Of a DNA stretch of 64,000 bases, positions 11,401 to 24,202 are shown piece by piece. Under the pieces are notes generated by a model. It did not search any database. It had not been told where the DNA came from and worked only from the letters and a program-made list of their open reading frames with translations. The position numbers and the translations under genes are program-made. Source of the DNA: Psammoneis japonica (lineage: Eukaryota); NCBI GenBank assembly GCA_008632985.1, contig QPGO01000091.1:248001-312000 (forward strand), given 5' to 3'. How positions within the stretch are numbered: the stretch's first letter is position 1; each line of letters starts with the position of its first letter.

Positions 11401-14400
11401 GCTCTGTTGCTTGAGTTCATTGGGCACATTTCCATGGAAGAAACAGCTTCTTGTTGCAAAAAGCATGATGAACCAGTGCACTCAGATTGTGGTGTGCTGC
11501 TTGGGCTGTTTCTCAGTCCACAGCTGACATTTTGTAAGAGTTTGGGCAGCCAAGTTGCAGTGTGCCTGCCCATGATGCTGCAGTTCCTTGTTTCCACTGA
11601 AGCAAGTGCCCACATGCAAATTCAAGGTCCTTGTCTTTGACAGGCTTTGGAGTTGTGCCCTTCTTGTTCCTGCCTGGTCTTGCACAAGCACCTGCCAAGC
11701 CACCGGGAGTCACTTTTCCATGCTTTGCCTTCAAATCCACCACAAAACTGTGTGCACTGGTGGGTGGTGTGATCAGTGCTGCTCTTCTGCAAGATGCACA
11801 TTTTTCCAATGACTCAGCTTTCCAACAACCCATCTGCAATTGACAGCGTTGCCAAAGGAGGCCAACCTGGAGCACCTCAACAATGTTTTGTGCCACAGGA
11901 GCAGCCTTTGGCACAGCACTTGGCAAATCCAATTATGAGGCCTTGAGAATGTGGTTGATTGAGAGTGCATTCTGTGTCAAATGCACTGTGCACCATTGTT
12001 TTTCTTTCTAACAACATTGATGCCCAGAAATTTTTGCACATCTCCTTCCACCATGATGTCCAGCTTTGTCTCTTTTCTGAGCAGCTCTTCGATTGCCTTG
12101 TTTTGTCTCCCGTCATCTTTGTCAAGGCCAGCAGCAACAGGCAAAATGTCACATCAGCGCATGAGAGATGAGGCATCTTTCCATGACAGAACTCACACTT
12201 GCATTTCAACAGAGTTTTGTCATTGCTTCCATCAGAGTTGGCTTCTGCACTGCCTTGTCCATTTGCTCTGTTGGCACACTGACACCACTTGGCAGCTCCC
12301 AACACTCAGCACCCCCTTTGAGATCCTTCTGGAGACAAAGTTGCAAGCACAGCACCACCTCCTGTCTCTTTTGGCACATTTGGAAGAGCTTGCAGCTCCC
12401 CTGACTTTTCATCAACAGTTTGATTGCTCTGACATTGTGACCAAGTGGCCAAGCAGCCAAGCAATTCACCGCTGGCAATGAACCTGTTTGGAGGGCAGAG
12501 ATCAAACTTGGCTTGCAACACTGGCAACTCAACCCCATGATTGCCAGCGGGCATGACCCAAGAAGAAGTTCGCAAAAGGAGCACCTCTTTTTCACCTTTT
12601 TGGACATTTTTGAAGCACAACTCTTCACAACTGAAATCACAAAGTCATGCCCAAACTCCATGGTGAGCAAGGCTTGTGTGCTCACCAAGTTTCTTTGATC
12701 ATGGAGGCAAATGCAGTGTGCCACAACAGCTCTTTTTGGTCAGAAGTGATCAAATCAATGGCAACCTCTGAAAAGCTTGAGCTGGGCTTGCAACAAGAAG
12801 GTCTGTCAAATGCCAGGTCAGGCATCAGGCAAGAGGCCCCAACCATTGAAAAACAGCTTTTGCAAGCAAGGGTGAAATCACATTGAGCCATCATTGCAGC
12901 ACGACCAACACAAAAAATTCATGCCATGCAATGCCAACAATTGACATGGCACACATTGCAAAGCATGCAAGCTTCAATCAAAAGAGCTTTCAAGAAGAGG
13001 ATGGTCATCAAGCTGCAAGTTCTGCAACTGGAGCATGCCACTTCATTGGCAACACCCCACAAAACAGCATGATTTAGGAAGAAGTTTGTGAAAGAATGCC
13101 TCCCACTCACATTTGGACATTTTTGAAGCACAGTGCTTCATCTGAACTGACAACATGCTGCACTTTTTCATCACCTTGTTCTTCACCACTTTCAGAAGGT
13201 TCAATGTTTTGCACCCCTCAGGAGCACAAACCGCCAATCTCTGGAGCCAAATCATCTTCAACTCTGCTTCTGATGGCTTCTCTTTGAATCAGAGAAAATT
13301 GGCAAAGTTTGCCTCCCAATCATGCACAACATCATGTTGGCTGGCATGCCGTGCAACCGTCAAGGATTGGAGTCAACAAAGGTTTTGATCCACATGATGA
13401 ACTTGGCCAGAAGCAACAATGCACAGAAAATTGTGCAGACAGCCCCAAGCCACAACTGGGTGAAAACTGCCAGAAGCAGACCTTTCATCAGACTTTGAGC
13501 ATGCTTGCTCATGGCAGAGAAGCTGTTGTGAGCCAGAAAATCTCTCAGAGCACAGTGTGAGCTGGCATTGCACAGCTTCTAAAACTGCACTCTAGACAAT
13601 GAGCTTTGCACATTGTCACTTGCACATCCCTGAGCCCACTCAGCATGCTTTGGAGCAAGCATGCACAAACACACTTGTTCAGCAAGTCCTGTGTCATGGC
13701 ATGTGTTGTGCACAAGAGCAACTCCTCTGCAGGGTGTTGGCAGCCAGCTGCTGCTGATGTTGCCTGCTTGGCTTGCCACACAAAATGTGTGGGGATTTCA
13801 GACAGCACAGCTCTCTTGCTTTTGACACCTGTCTGGAAGTCATCTGCTGGCTTGTGCCAGATGATGTGGACCATGCCCAGTCAAGACACACACAAATCAA
13901 AATTTTGAGCATGGACACACACGTGATTGTCAAATGTTGTTGTTCTGGTCTTGTGCAACTGCATGACACCCCCAGATGGTGCTGCAGCAGCCTGCTCAAA
14001 ACATGGTGTGTGTTGTGGACAACAACCTGATGGCGCACCAGCAAACATGGCACCAAAACAAATGGCCAGCACCAGCAGCCAAATGCCTTGTGATGCAAGC
14101 CTCTTCTGCTGGTGGTGAAAGTGCACAAAACAAATGCACATGTTGGGCAAACCTGCACAATTTTGCACTCAGTGCACAGAGCAGGCAGCAGATTGGCGTG
14201 CATCAAGAACATGAAAGAGATGACGTTGCAGCAAAGAACAAGCCATTTGTTGTCAACAAACATGGAGCTCTTTGTCCTGCAATTTGGGAAAAAACCAGCT
14301 GACATCACACAATCAGAACATTCATTTTTGTGCAGAGGAGCATCTCCCTGAAGCAATGAGCAGTTCAAATTTGCACAGACACAGCATTTGGGGTTGACTG

Positions 14401-15259
14401 TCATCAAGATTGGGCAGCTGTGCTGATGGAGCAGAAGACAACCAGAGCTCAACTGACACATTTTCACAGCCACTCCCTGTCATTGTGGTGTCTTGCTGAG
14501 CAAGTTCACAAATCATCACTTGAGCTGCAAAAACATGCCAGATTCCATGCACTTTTGAGAGATGTGTGGCAGGACAAAGCCCCCTCACCTTGTTGCATTT
14601 TCACACGGGTGATTTTGAGGGCTGCTTGCCAACCCCAAGGATGCAACCAATGGACACCACAGCTCTTTCAGCTGCAACCAGTTTTGTGAAACAATTGGGT
14701 GGCCAGTCTTGATGTGTGGTGTGCTAAAATTTCCTTCCTCTTGTCTCAGAAGGGGCACAACTTGACATTCAAGTGTGTTGTTCATCCATGATCTGTGCTC
14801 ATGAGCACTTGCCATTTCAAGCACAGTGCTGTTGTCTTCAGACAGTTTTGAGTTTTGACAGAAACAACTCTTTCACTTGAGTTCATTGTGCACTTCCATG
14901 GAAAGGACAGCTTTTTGCAAGGAGCACAATGAGCCAGTGTGCTCAGATCATGGTGTGCTGCTTGGGCTGTTTTTCAGTCTGCAGCTGACATTTCCAGAGA
15001 GTTAAATGGCCAAATTGCACAACTGCATTCCCATGTTGTCCTCCCTTCTTGTTGCCACTGAAGTGAGTGCCCACATGCAAAATTTAAGGACCTTGCCTTT
15101 GACAAGCTTCAGAATTGTGTCCTTCTTCTTCCTGGTCTTGCACAAGCACCTGCCAAGCCAATGGGAGTCATTTTTCTGTGTGGGCTTTGTTCTCAGATCT
15201 GCCATGAACTGTGTGCATTGGTGGGTGGCTGGTGGGTGCAGCACTGCTCTTCTGCAAGC
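8427..15259. mobile_element. Repeat copy A (6.8 kb) of a degenerate, unclassified element; nearly identical to 17389-24202
   Basis: Direct alignment with copy A' at an offset of about 8960 bp; starts TAGTACGCGCGGTCGCG; identity ends at ...CTTCTGCAAGC; interior depleted of TpA and CpG. Confidence 0.85.
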
Positions 15260-16689
15260 CATCTGCTTTTGTCGAATTTCTCGGCCGCTCAAGTTCTGGG
15301 ACATTTTCTTTGGCAGATCCCACACTCCGTCTGTAGAAAAATCCCTGTCTTGCTCCACTTCTTCTTCATTCGGAGGATGGCTGGAAGGGTTATACGCAGA
15401 ATCTGCATCCAACTTTACCCCCACAGACACGCGTATTGGCACTCGATTTCTGTCATCTTTTTTCCTCGACCTTTTGCGCCGGTGTGCAGTTTCCCATGGA
15501 AGCACGTTGTTCGCTTCTTCCACCATTTTTGAACTCCAATCTTTTTGAATGAATGCACCCGAGCGCTCACCAACGCACGCAGGAGACTGACAGAATTGGC
15601 CATTGAATGCTGCTGCTTTGACACGACGAACAAAATGACCCAAAGATGCGCGGCCACCTGGCGGGGGGGCGACAACAAATTTTGTGTTGGAATCAATCTT
15701 CTTCAAATTTTCCATCAAACAGGCAGTGTCAGTTTGGTGTTGCTTTGCAGGGCCAAGTGGGGACACTTCCAATTCGACTCCCACCCTTTCATCCTTGACC
15801 AGTTCTGTTCCACAACCTGCTTCCACGACTTGAGCTCTTCGATTGGACGACGCGGATGATTTTGGTTTCTTCGGCTTCTTGCAGCAAGACAGACAAGATC
15901 AAGGATCACCAAGGTGACTTTCCCTTGGCTGTCGCATCGGCGTTCTGCCACATGGTCTGCCGCCATTCGCCAAGACAAATCTGAATTCACGGGCTGCAAA
16001 ACAACCTTCCTCGTTGTCTTGAAGGGTTCCTCTGGCAGTTTAGGTTCAGATCGTGAGAAGAGAACTGCACTCGTTTTGTTGATGTCCGTGAGTGCAAGGT
16101 CCTTGCAAGATTCGATTGAACACATGAAATCATTTGTGGCGTCCTTGACATCACTGAGTGAGGAATGGAAGTGCAAACCAAGATTGTGAACGGTTTCACC
16201 TTGGTTGTTGTTGAGTGGGTGGTCACCAAACACCGGACTTGACTTCGTTTGGTGTAGCGAGAGACGCACTGCAACTGGAACATCTGAAGCTGCCTCCATC
16301 TCGTTTTCATTGGCAGCATCAAACTCCTCGGCTGTCATGCATCCACCAGTCAAATGCTGACTCAAATCCTCATGTTGTCCAATGTCAGCGCGTTCACTAG
16401 AAGAATCAATGGAAGAGGAATCACTGGAGGATTCGCTTGATGAGCTGCAAGTGCTTTGGATTTCGATGTTGACGAAAGGACTCCGATTCTCTTTGTCAGC
16501 ATTCGTCGCAACGGCATCGGTGCTTTCCTCCGTCGACGTGTCAACAATGGACTTTGCTTGGCGTTTCTTGGTGGAGCTGTTACACTTCCTTTTATTGCGG
16601 TTGAAATCTTCCTCTTCTTTTCGAGATTCGTCTGCTTCCCGTTGCTTTTGGGACAACACACGCTTGTGGGGAGATCTGGTTGACCGCAT
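15260..16689 (-). pseudogene. Segment B: long, mostly intact ORF of unknown (probably TE) origin, Tyr-eroded and truncated at its 3' end by copy A
   Basis: ATG at 16689 (MRSTRSPHKRVLSQ...), acidic/Ser-rich N-terminus, one frameshift near 15740-15800; the 430-aa ORF 15715-17007 has no Tyr while CpG is abundant. Confidence 0.55.
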
Positions 16690-17388
16690 GTCCGATGTAG
16701 CGTGATCTTTTCGAGACCACAAAGAAGAGATTCGATCAAAGAAGTGTGAGCAAAGAGACGAAAAGGATGAATGAACATCAAAAGACCACACGAGTGCGAC
16801 CGACATTTCTCTCCACAAAACAAACAGACAACATGCACAAGACAGGGGATGATTTTTGCATCTACAACAAAGAGATGACAGCAATGGCACGCAACAGAGG
16901 AGGTGCATTGAACGAATGAACATCAAAGTGTGGATTGTGTCAATTCCATGTGTTTTGGTGTTTCTTGTCGATGCGAGAGAACGATGTTTCTCGACACAGC
17001 CCCCCACTCACAGCACACCCAAGACACAGAAAACTTTTCGTGACTGTGGTCAGTCGATGTCAGCAAAGGCAGTCATCAGATGAAGTGAAATGAGCGAACA
17101 AACATCCGAGTGTGGGTTTTGCCGCTCAGAAATGGCCAAGACAAAAGCAAAAAGACCCATCTTTCGATTTCTGCACAACCACAACGCCGTTTCTCGCCAA
17201 ACCAAGGCTCTCACCTAACAAGTCGACCTCCCAAAAGCAACATCCGTGTCTTCAATGAACGAAAACGATGAAGAATGGGTCAAACAAGGCCGAGTGTGGG
17301 TCGGCGCAGCGTCATCTCCAAAAAAACAACTTCACGTTCCGAAAAAAAGTCTCGCCGCGCTTAATCCCACGGATCGCGCGAAAAGCAA

Positions 17389-20300
17389 TGGTGCGCGTGG
17401 TCGCGAACTCTCGGGCACTGTCCAACAATGAGAGCCCTGACTTTAACGAACCTTCATAGATTTGATGCAGAATCGCCGAATGTTGCAAGCAACCAAAAAT
17501 CGGCAGATTCTACACTGATGTAATTGTCAATGTACAAATGCTCCATAAATTTTTAAGCGGGACAAAGTTTCCCGAAACAACGTCCTGAACTGTAGTTTCG
17601 ATGTTTTTGAATCACACTGTTTTAACGACCACGGTTTTGGTTGCCAATGATCAGCGATTTGAAAAAACCTAAATCCCTCACATTGCTTTCTGGGTGACGT
17701 ACAAAGATGACAACTTTCTCTACAAGACCCACCATTTGGCTGGCGTTGCCGTGTGACCGTCAACCATCAAGCTTCCAATCGATTCATTCTCTTTGATGAC
17801 GGTTTTGATCCCACTGTGCTGTTGAGTTTTGAAAATTGACAGACGAACTGTGTTGTTGTGTGTGGCACGACGGAAACAACAGGCGTCTGTTTCTCCCCAA
17901 CAATGCGTAGAAAATCGCGCAAACAGCCCCAAACCACAATGAAATGAAAACTGCAACAAGAAGCAGGCCTCATTTTGTCAGACTTTCAGTGCTTGCTCAC
18001 GACAAGCAAGCTGTGATGAGCCAGAATCTCTCAGCACAACATGAACTGGTGGTGGTGTGTTGCGCAGCAGCTTCCACCAAAACCATGCTCCAAGTGACAA
18101 GCTTTGCATGCTTTCATTTTGACATTCCTGAATTTGCTCAGTGCACTTTCTTGGGGCAAGCACATGCAAACGTGTGCGCTTGCCCCAATTGTTCTGCGTT
18201 GCGTCCTGTGCTTTTTGCATGTGTCCTGTTTGTGCACATGAAAGCAACTTTGTACAGTGTCAGCAGCCAGCTCTCATTTGCCTGCTTTGGCTCACCACAC
18301 AAAGAGCACAGGGATTTCACACAGCGCAGCTCTCTTTTGGCGTTTGTCTGGAAGTCATTCCCGTCACACTGCGCAGAACCCCGGCAACAACTCCAGTGCT
18401 GGCGGCAACACTCATTTTCTCTCTGAAACATGTTTCCTCATGCTGTGCACAGCCATCCACAACTCTGCTGCAGAGAAGCCCACTTTTCTGTTTGTTGCTC
18501 CTGCTTGCACTTTTTGCAGGTTTGTTTGGTTTTCAAGCATGCTGGCTTGTTGTTGCCTTCTTTTTCTGGAGGAGCACCCCTTTTCTCAGCAGAGAGAGCT
18601 GCAGCTTTTGCAAGCTTCTTGTGTTTGGCTGCTCCAACAAATCTTGGGGGGGTGCCATGCCAGTGAAAAACAAGGAGCTGTGGTGCAAATCATGAGCCAA
18701 GTGAGCACACCAGATTTTGAACAAAAACTGATCTTTGGAAGCAGAGATTCTCACCACAGCAATCTTTTTGTCTGCCTTTTGTTGCTGAAGTTTGTCATTT
18801 TGTTGTGCAGAGGAGGAGAGGCATGGAAAGAGCACCCCCACCCTTGCTCCTCTTGTTGTTGCTTGCCACAGTGGTGTGAAGAGATCACACCACCAGAGTT
18901 GAGTGTGATGGCTGGTGCTGGCCAAACTCATTTTTGTGTGTGTGCTCCTTTTCTCTCAAGGTTCTTCTCTTGCTGGCCCCACACCACCACAGTGCAGCAA
19001 GCAAATTTCCAAGAAATGGGGAGCAGTGTGCCCACCATTGCTCACACACAAACTGTGCTTTGTGCACATCAAGTGACATGTTTTTTGAAAACCTGTTGTT
19101 TAAAAATTGCATCAGATTGCCCTGGGTTGCACCAAATTGCAAGGCAAATTTTCCCAAGAAGTGATGCAATGTGCGCTGTTCTTTCAGCAACATCTGCTGC
19201 TCATGGCTGCTGGCTTGTGGCTTGTGTGCTAGATGATGTGGTGACTGAACACCATGCCTGTGTCAAGACACACAGATCCACATTTTGAACATGGACACAC
19301 CACACCATGATTGTTGAAGATTGTCCTGCTTTGATGTGACTGCACACAATGCTCTCAGATGCTGCAGCAGCCTGCTCAAAACATGGTGTGTGGTGGACAA
19401 CAACTGGATGGCACGCCAGCACACATGTTGCCAACAAACAACTGAGGATGCACGCAAATGCCTTGCAATGCAGGCCTTCTAGACAGAGGCAAAAGTGTGC
19501 AACACAAGCGCACAAGTTGGGCAAGCCCACACAACTTTTGCACTCAGCTAGCCCACTGAGCAGATCATGCATTGAGAACATGATTGCAAGCACTGCACAC
19601 TCAACTGCCTCCCACAAAGTCAAGTAAAGTGTGCAAAAAGACTTTGCACACAAAGCTGTGCATTGTGCAGCACTTGCTCAGATCCAAGATGATCTTGGAG
19701 CAAAGAAGCCATTTGTTGATGTGACAGACAAGGAGAAGAGTTCTTTGTCCTGCAACTTGCAAAAAAACAACTGACATCACCGCCAGAAAATCCATTTTTG
19801 TGAAGAGGAGAACCTCTCCCACCTGGAGAGATGAGCCAGCCAAAATTTGCAGTCACACCATTTGAGGTCCTCTGTCATCCAGATTGGGCAGCAGCTGCAC
19901 GGATGGAGAAGACAACCAAAATTGACATTTTTCACATTTTCCCTCTCATTGTGGTGTCTTGCTGAGCAAGTTCACACATCTCACTTCACTTGAGCTGCTG
20001 CAGAAGCACTCCAGATCTCATGCATTTTGGAGACATTTGTGGCACAAGGCAAATCCCACACCTTTTCACCTGGATGATTTTGAACCCATGCCAACCCAGA
20101 TGCAACCAACAGACACCACAGCTCTTTCAGCTGCAGCCAGCTTGGCCAAACAATCTGATGAGCAGGACTGTCCCTTGGTGTTGATGCCATGTGCCAAAAT
20201 TTCCTTCCTTGTCTCAGAAGGGATGCAACTCTTGACACTCAAATGCTTTGTTCATCTGTGATCTGTGTTTGTGACTGAGCACTTCTTGCTGCCATTTCAA

Positions 20301-23300
20301 TCACACTGCTGTTGTCTTCAAATGGTTTTGACAGAAAAAGCTCTGTTGCTTGAGTTCATTGGGCACATTTCCATGGAAGAAACAGCTTCTTGTTGCAAAA
20401 AGCATGATGAACCAGTGCACTCAGATTGTGGTGTGCTGCTTGGGCTGTTTCTCAGTCCACAGCTGACATTTTGTAAGAGTTGGGCAGCCAAGTTGCAGTG
20501 TGCCTGCCCATGATGCTGCAGTTCCTTGTTTCCACTGAAGCAAGTGCCCACATGCAAATTCAAGGTCCTTGTCTTTGACAGGCTTTGGAGTTGTGCCCTT
20601 CTTGTTCCTGCCTGGTCTTGCACAAGCACCTGCCAAGCCACCGGGAGTCACTTTTCCATGCTTTGCCTTCAAATCCACCACAAACTGTGTGCACTGGTGG
20701 GTGGTGTGATCAGTGCTGCTCTTCTGCAAGATGCACATTTTTCCAATGACTCAGCTTTCCAACAACCCATCTGCAATTGACAGCGTTGCCAAAGGAGGCC
20801 AACCTGGAGCACCTCAACAATGTTTTGTGCCACAGGAGCAGCCTTTGGCACAGCACTTGGCAAATCCAATTATGAGGCCTTGAGAATGTGGTTGATTGAG
20901 AGTGCACTCTGTGTCAAATGCACTGTGCACCATTGTTTTTCTTTCTAACAACATTGATGCCCAGAAATTTTTGCACATCTCCTTCCACCATGATGTCCAG
21001 CTTTGTCTCTTTTCTGAGCAGCTCTTCGATTGCCTTGTTTTGTCTCCCGTCATCTTTGTCAAGGCCAGCAGCAACAGGCAAAATGTCACATCAGCACATG
21101 AGAGATGAGGCATCTTTCCATGACAGAACTCACACTTGCATTTCAACAGAGTTTTGTCATTGCTTCCATCAGAGTTGGCTTCTGCACTGCCTTGTCCATT
21201 TGCTCTGTTGGCACACTGACACCACTTGGCAGCTCCCAACACTCAGCACCCCCTTTGAGATCCTTCTGGAGACAAAGTTGCAAGCACAGCACCACCTCCT
21301 GTCTCTTTTGGCACATTTGGAAGAGCTTGCAGCTCCCCTGACTTTTCATCAACAGTTTGATTGCTCTGACATTGTGACCAAGTGGCCAAGCAGCCAAGCA
21401 ATTCACCACTGGCAATGAACCTGTTTGGAGGGCAGAGATCAAACTTGGCTTGCAACACTGGCAACTCAACCCCATGATTGCCAGCGGGCATGACCCAAGA
21501 AGAAGTTCGCAAAAGGAGCACCTCTCTTTCACCTTTTTGGACATTTTTGAAGCACAATTCTTCACAACTGAAATCACAAAGTCATGCCCAAACTCCATGG
21601 TGAGCAAGGCTTGTGTGCTCACCAAGTTTCTTTGATCATGGAGGCAAATGCAGTGTGCCGCAACAGCTCTTTTTGGTCAGAAGTGATCAAATCAATGGCA
21701 ACCTCTGAAAAGCTTGAGCTGGGCTTGCAACAAGAAGGTCTGTCAAATGCCAGGTCAGGCATCAGGCATCAGGCAAGAGGCCCCAACCATTGAAAAACAG
21801 CTTTTGCAAGCAAGGGTGAAATCACATTGAGCCATCATTGCAGCACGACCAACACAAAAAATTCATGCCATGCAATGCCAACAATTGACATGGCACACAT
21901 TGCAAAGCATGCAAGCTTCAATCAAAAGAGCTTTCAAGAAGAGGATGGTCATCAAGCTGCAAGTTCTGCAACTGGAGCATGCCACTTCATTGGCAACACC
22001 CCACAAAACAGCATGATTTAGGAAGAAGTTTGTGAAAGAATGCCTCCCACTCACATTTGGACATTTTTGAAGCACAGTGCTTCATCTGAACTGACAACAT
22101 GCTGCACTTTTTCATCACCTTGTTCTTCACCACTTTCAGAAGGTTCAATGTTTTGCACCCCTCAGGAGCACAAACCGCCAATCTCTGGAGCCAAATCATC
22201 TTCAACTCTGCTTCTGATGGCTTCTCTTTGAATCAGAGAAAATTGGCAAAGTTTGCCTCCCAATCATGCACAACATCATGTTGGCCGGCATGCCATGCAA
22301 CCGTCAAGGATTGGAGTCAACAAAGGTTTTGATCCACATGATGAACTTGGCCAGAAGCAACAATGCACAGAAAATTGTGCAGACAGCCCCAAGCCACAGC
22401 TGGATGAAAACTGCCAGAAGCAGACCTTTCATCAGACTTTGAGCATGCTTGCTCATGGCAGAGAAGCTGTTGTGAGCCAGAAAATCTCTCAGAGCACAGT
22501 GTGAGCTGGCATTGCACAGCTTCTAAAACTGCACTCTAGACAATGAGCTTTGCACATTGTCACTTGCACATCCCTGAGCCCACTCAGCATGCTTTGGAGC
22601 AAGCATGCACAAACACACTTGTTCAGCAAGTCCTGTGTCATGGCATGTGTTGTGCACAAGAGCAACTCCTCTGCAGGGTGTTGGCAGCCAGCTGCTGCTG
22701 ATGTTGCCTGCTTGGCTTGCCACACAAAATGTGTGGGGATTTCAGACAGCACAGCTCTCTTGCTTTTGACACCTGTCTGGAAGTCATCTGCTGGCTTGTG
22801 CCAGATGATGTGGACCATGCCCAGTCAAGACACACACAAATCAAAATTTTGAGCATGGACACACATGTGATTGTCAAATGTTGTTGTTCTAGTCTTGTGC
22901 AACTGCATGACACCCCCAGATGGTGCTGCAGCAGCCTGCTCAAAACATGGTGTGTGTTGTGGACAACAACCTGATGGCGCACCAGCAAACATGGCACCAA
23001 AACAAATGGCCAGCACCAGCAGCCAAATGCCTTGTGATGCAAGCCTCTTCTGCTGGTGGTGAAAGTGCACAAAACAAATGCACATGTTGGGCAAACCTGC
23101 ACAATTTTGCACTCAGTGCACAGAGCAGGCAGCAGATTGGTGTGCATCAAGAACATGAAAGAGATGACATTGCAGCAAAGAACAAGCCATTTGTTGTCAA
23201 CAAACATGGAGCTCTTTGTCCTGCAATTTGGGAAAAAACCAGCTGACATCACACAATCAGAACATTCATTTTTGTGCAGAGGAGCATCTCCCTGAAGCAA

Positions 23301-24202
23301 TGAGCAGTTCAAATTTGCACAGACACAGCATTTGGGGTTGACTGTCATCAAGATTGGGCAGCTGTGCTGATGGAGCAGAAGACAACCAGAGCTCAACTGA
23401 CACATTTTCACAGCCACTCCCTGTCATTGTGGTGTCTTGCTGAGCAAGTTCACAAATCATCACTTGAGCTGCAAAAACATGCCAGATTCCATGCACTTTT
23501 GAGAGATGTGTGGCAGGACAAAGCCCCCTCACCTTGTTGCATTTTCACATGGGTGATTTTGAGGGCTGCTTGCCAACCCCAAGGATGCAACCAATGGACA
23601 CCACAGCTCTTTCAGCTGCAACCAGTTTTGTGAAACAATTGGGTGGCCAGTCTTGATGTGTGGTGTGCTAAAATTTCCTTCCTCTTGTCTCAGAAGGGGC
23701 ACAACTTGACATTCAAGTGTGTTGTTCATCCATGATCTGTGCTCATGAGCACTTGCCATTTCAAGCACAGTGCTGTTGTCTTCAGACAGTTTTGAGTTTT
23801 GACAGAAACAACTCTTTCACTTGAGTTCATTGTGCACTTCCATGGAAAGGACAGCTTTTTGCAAGGAGCACAATGAGCCAGTGTGCTCAGATCATGGTGT
23901 GCTGCTTGGGCTGTTTTTCAGTCTGCAGCTGACATTTCCAGAGAGTTAAATGGCCAAATTGCACAACTGCATTCCCATGTTGTCCTCCCTTCTTGTTGCC
24001 ACTGAAGTGAGTGCCCACATGCAAATTCAAGGACCTTGCCTTTGACAAGCTTCAGAATTGTGTCCTTCTTCTTCCTGGTCTTGCACAAGCACCTGCCAAG
24101 CCAATGGGAGTCATTTTTCTGTGTGGGCTTTGTTCTCAGATCTGCCATGAACTGTGTGCATTGGTGGGTGGCTGGTGGGTGCAGCACTGCTCTTCTGCAA
24201 GC
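17389..24202. mobile_element. Repeat copy A' (direct duplicate of 8427-15259), continuing to about 25420
   Basis: Near-identical to copy A apart from TpA/CpG-type transitions, a deletion of about 25 bp (copy A 10128-10152) and small indels. Confidence 0.85.

Noticed and set aside
8427..24202. A and A' as the two LTRs of one giant retroelement
   Set aside because: No TG...CA ends, PBS, PPT or TSD; homology of A' continues as internal repeat units past 24202; segment B has no gag/pol motifs.
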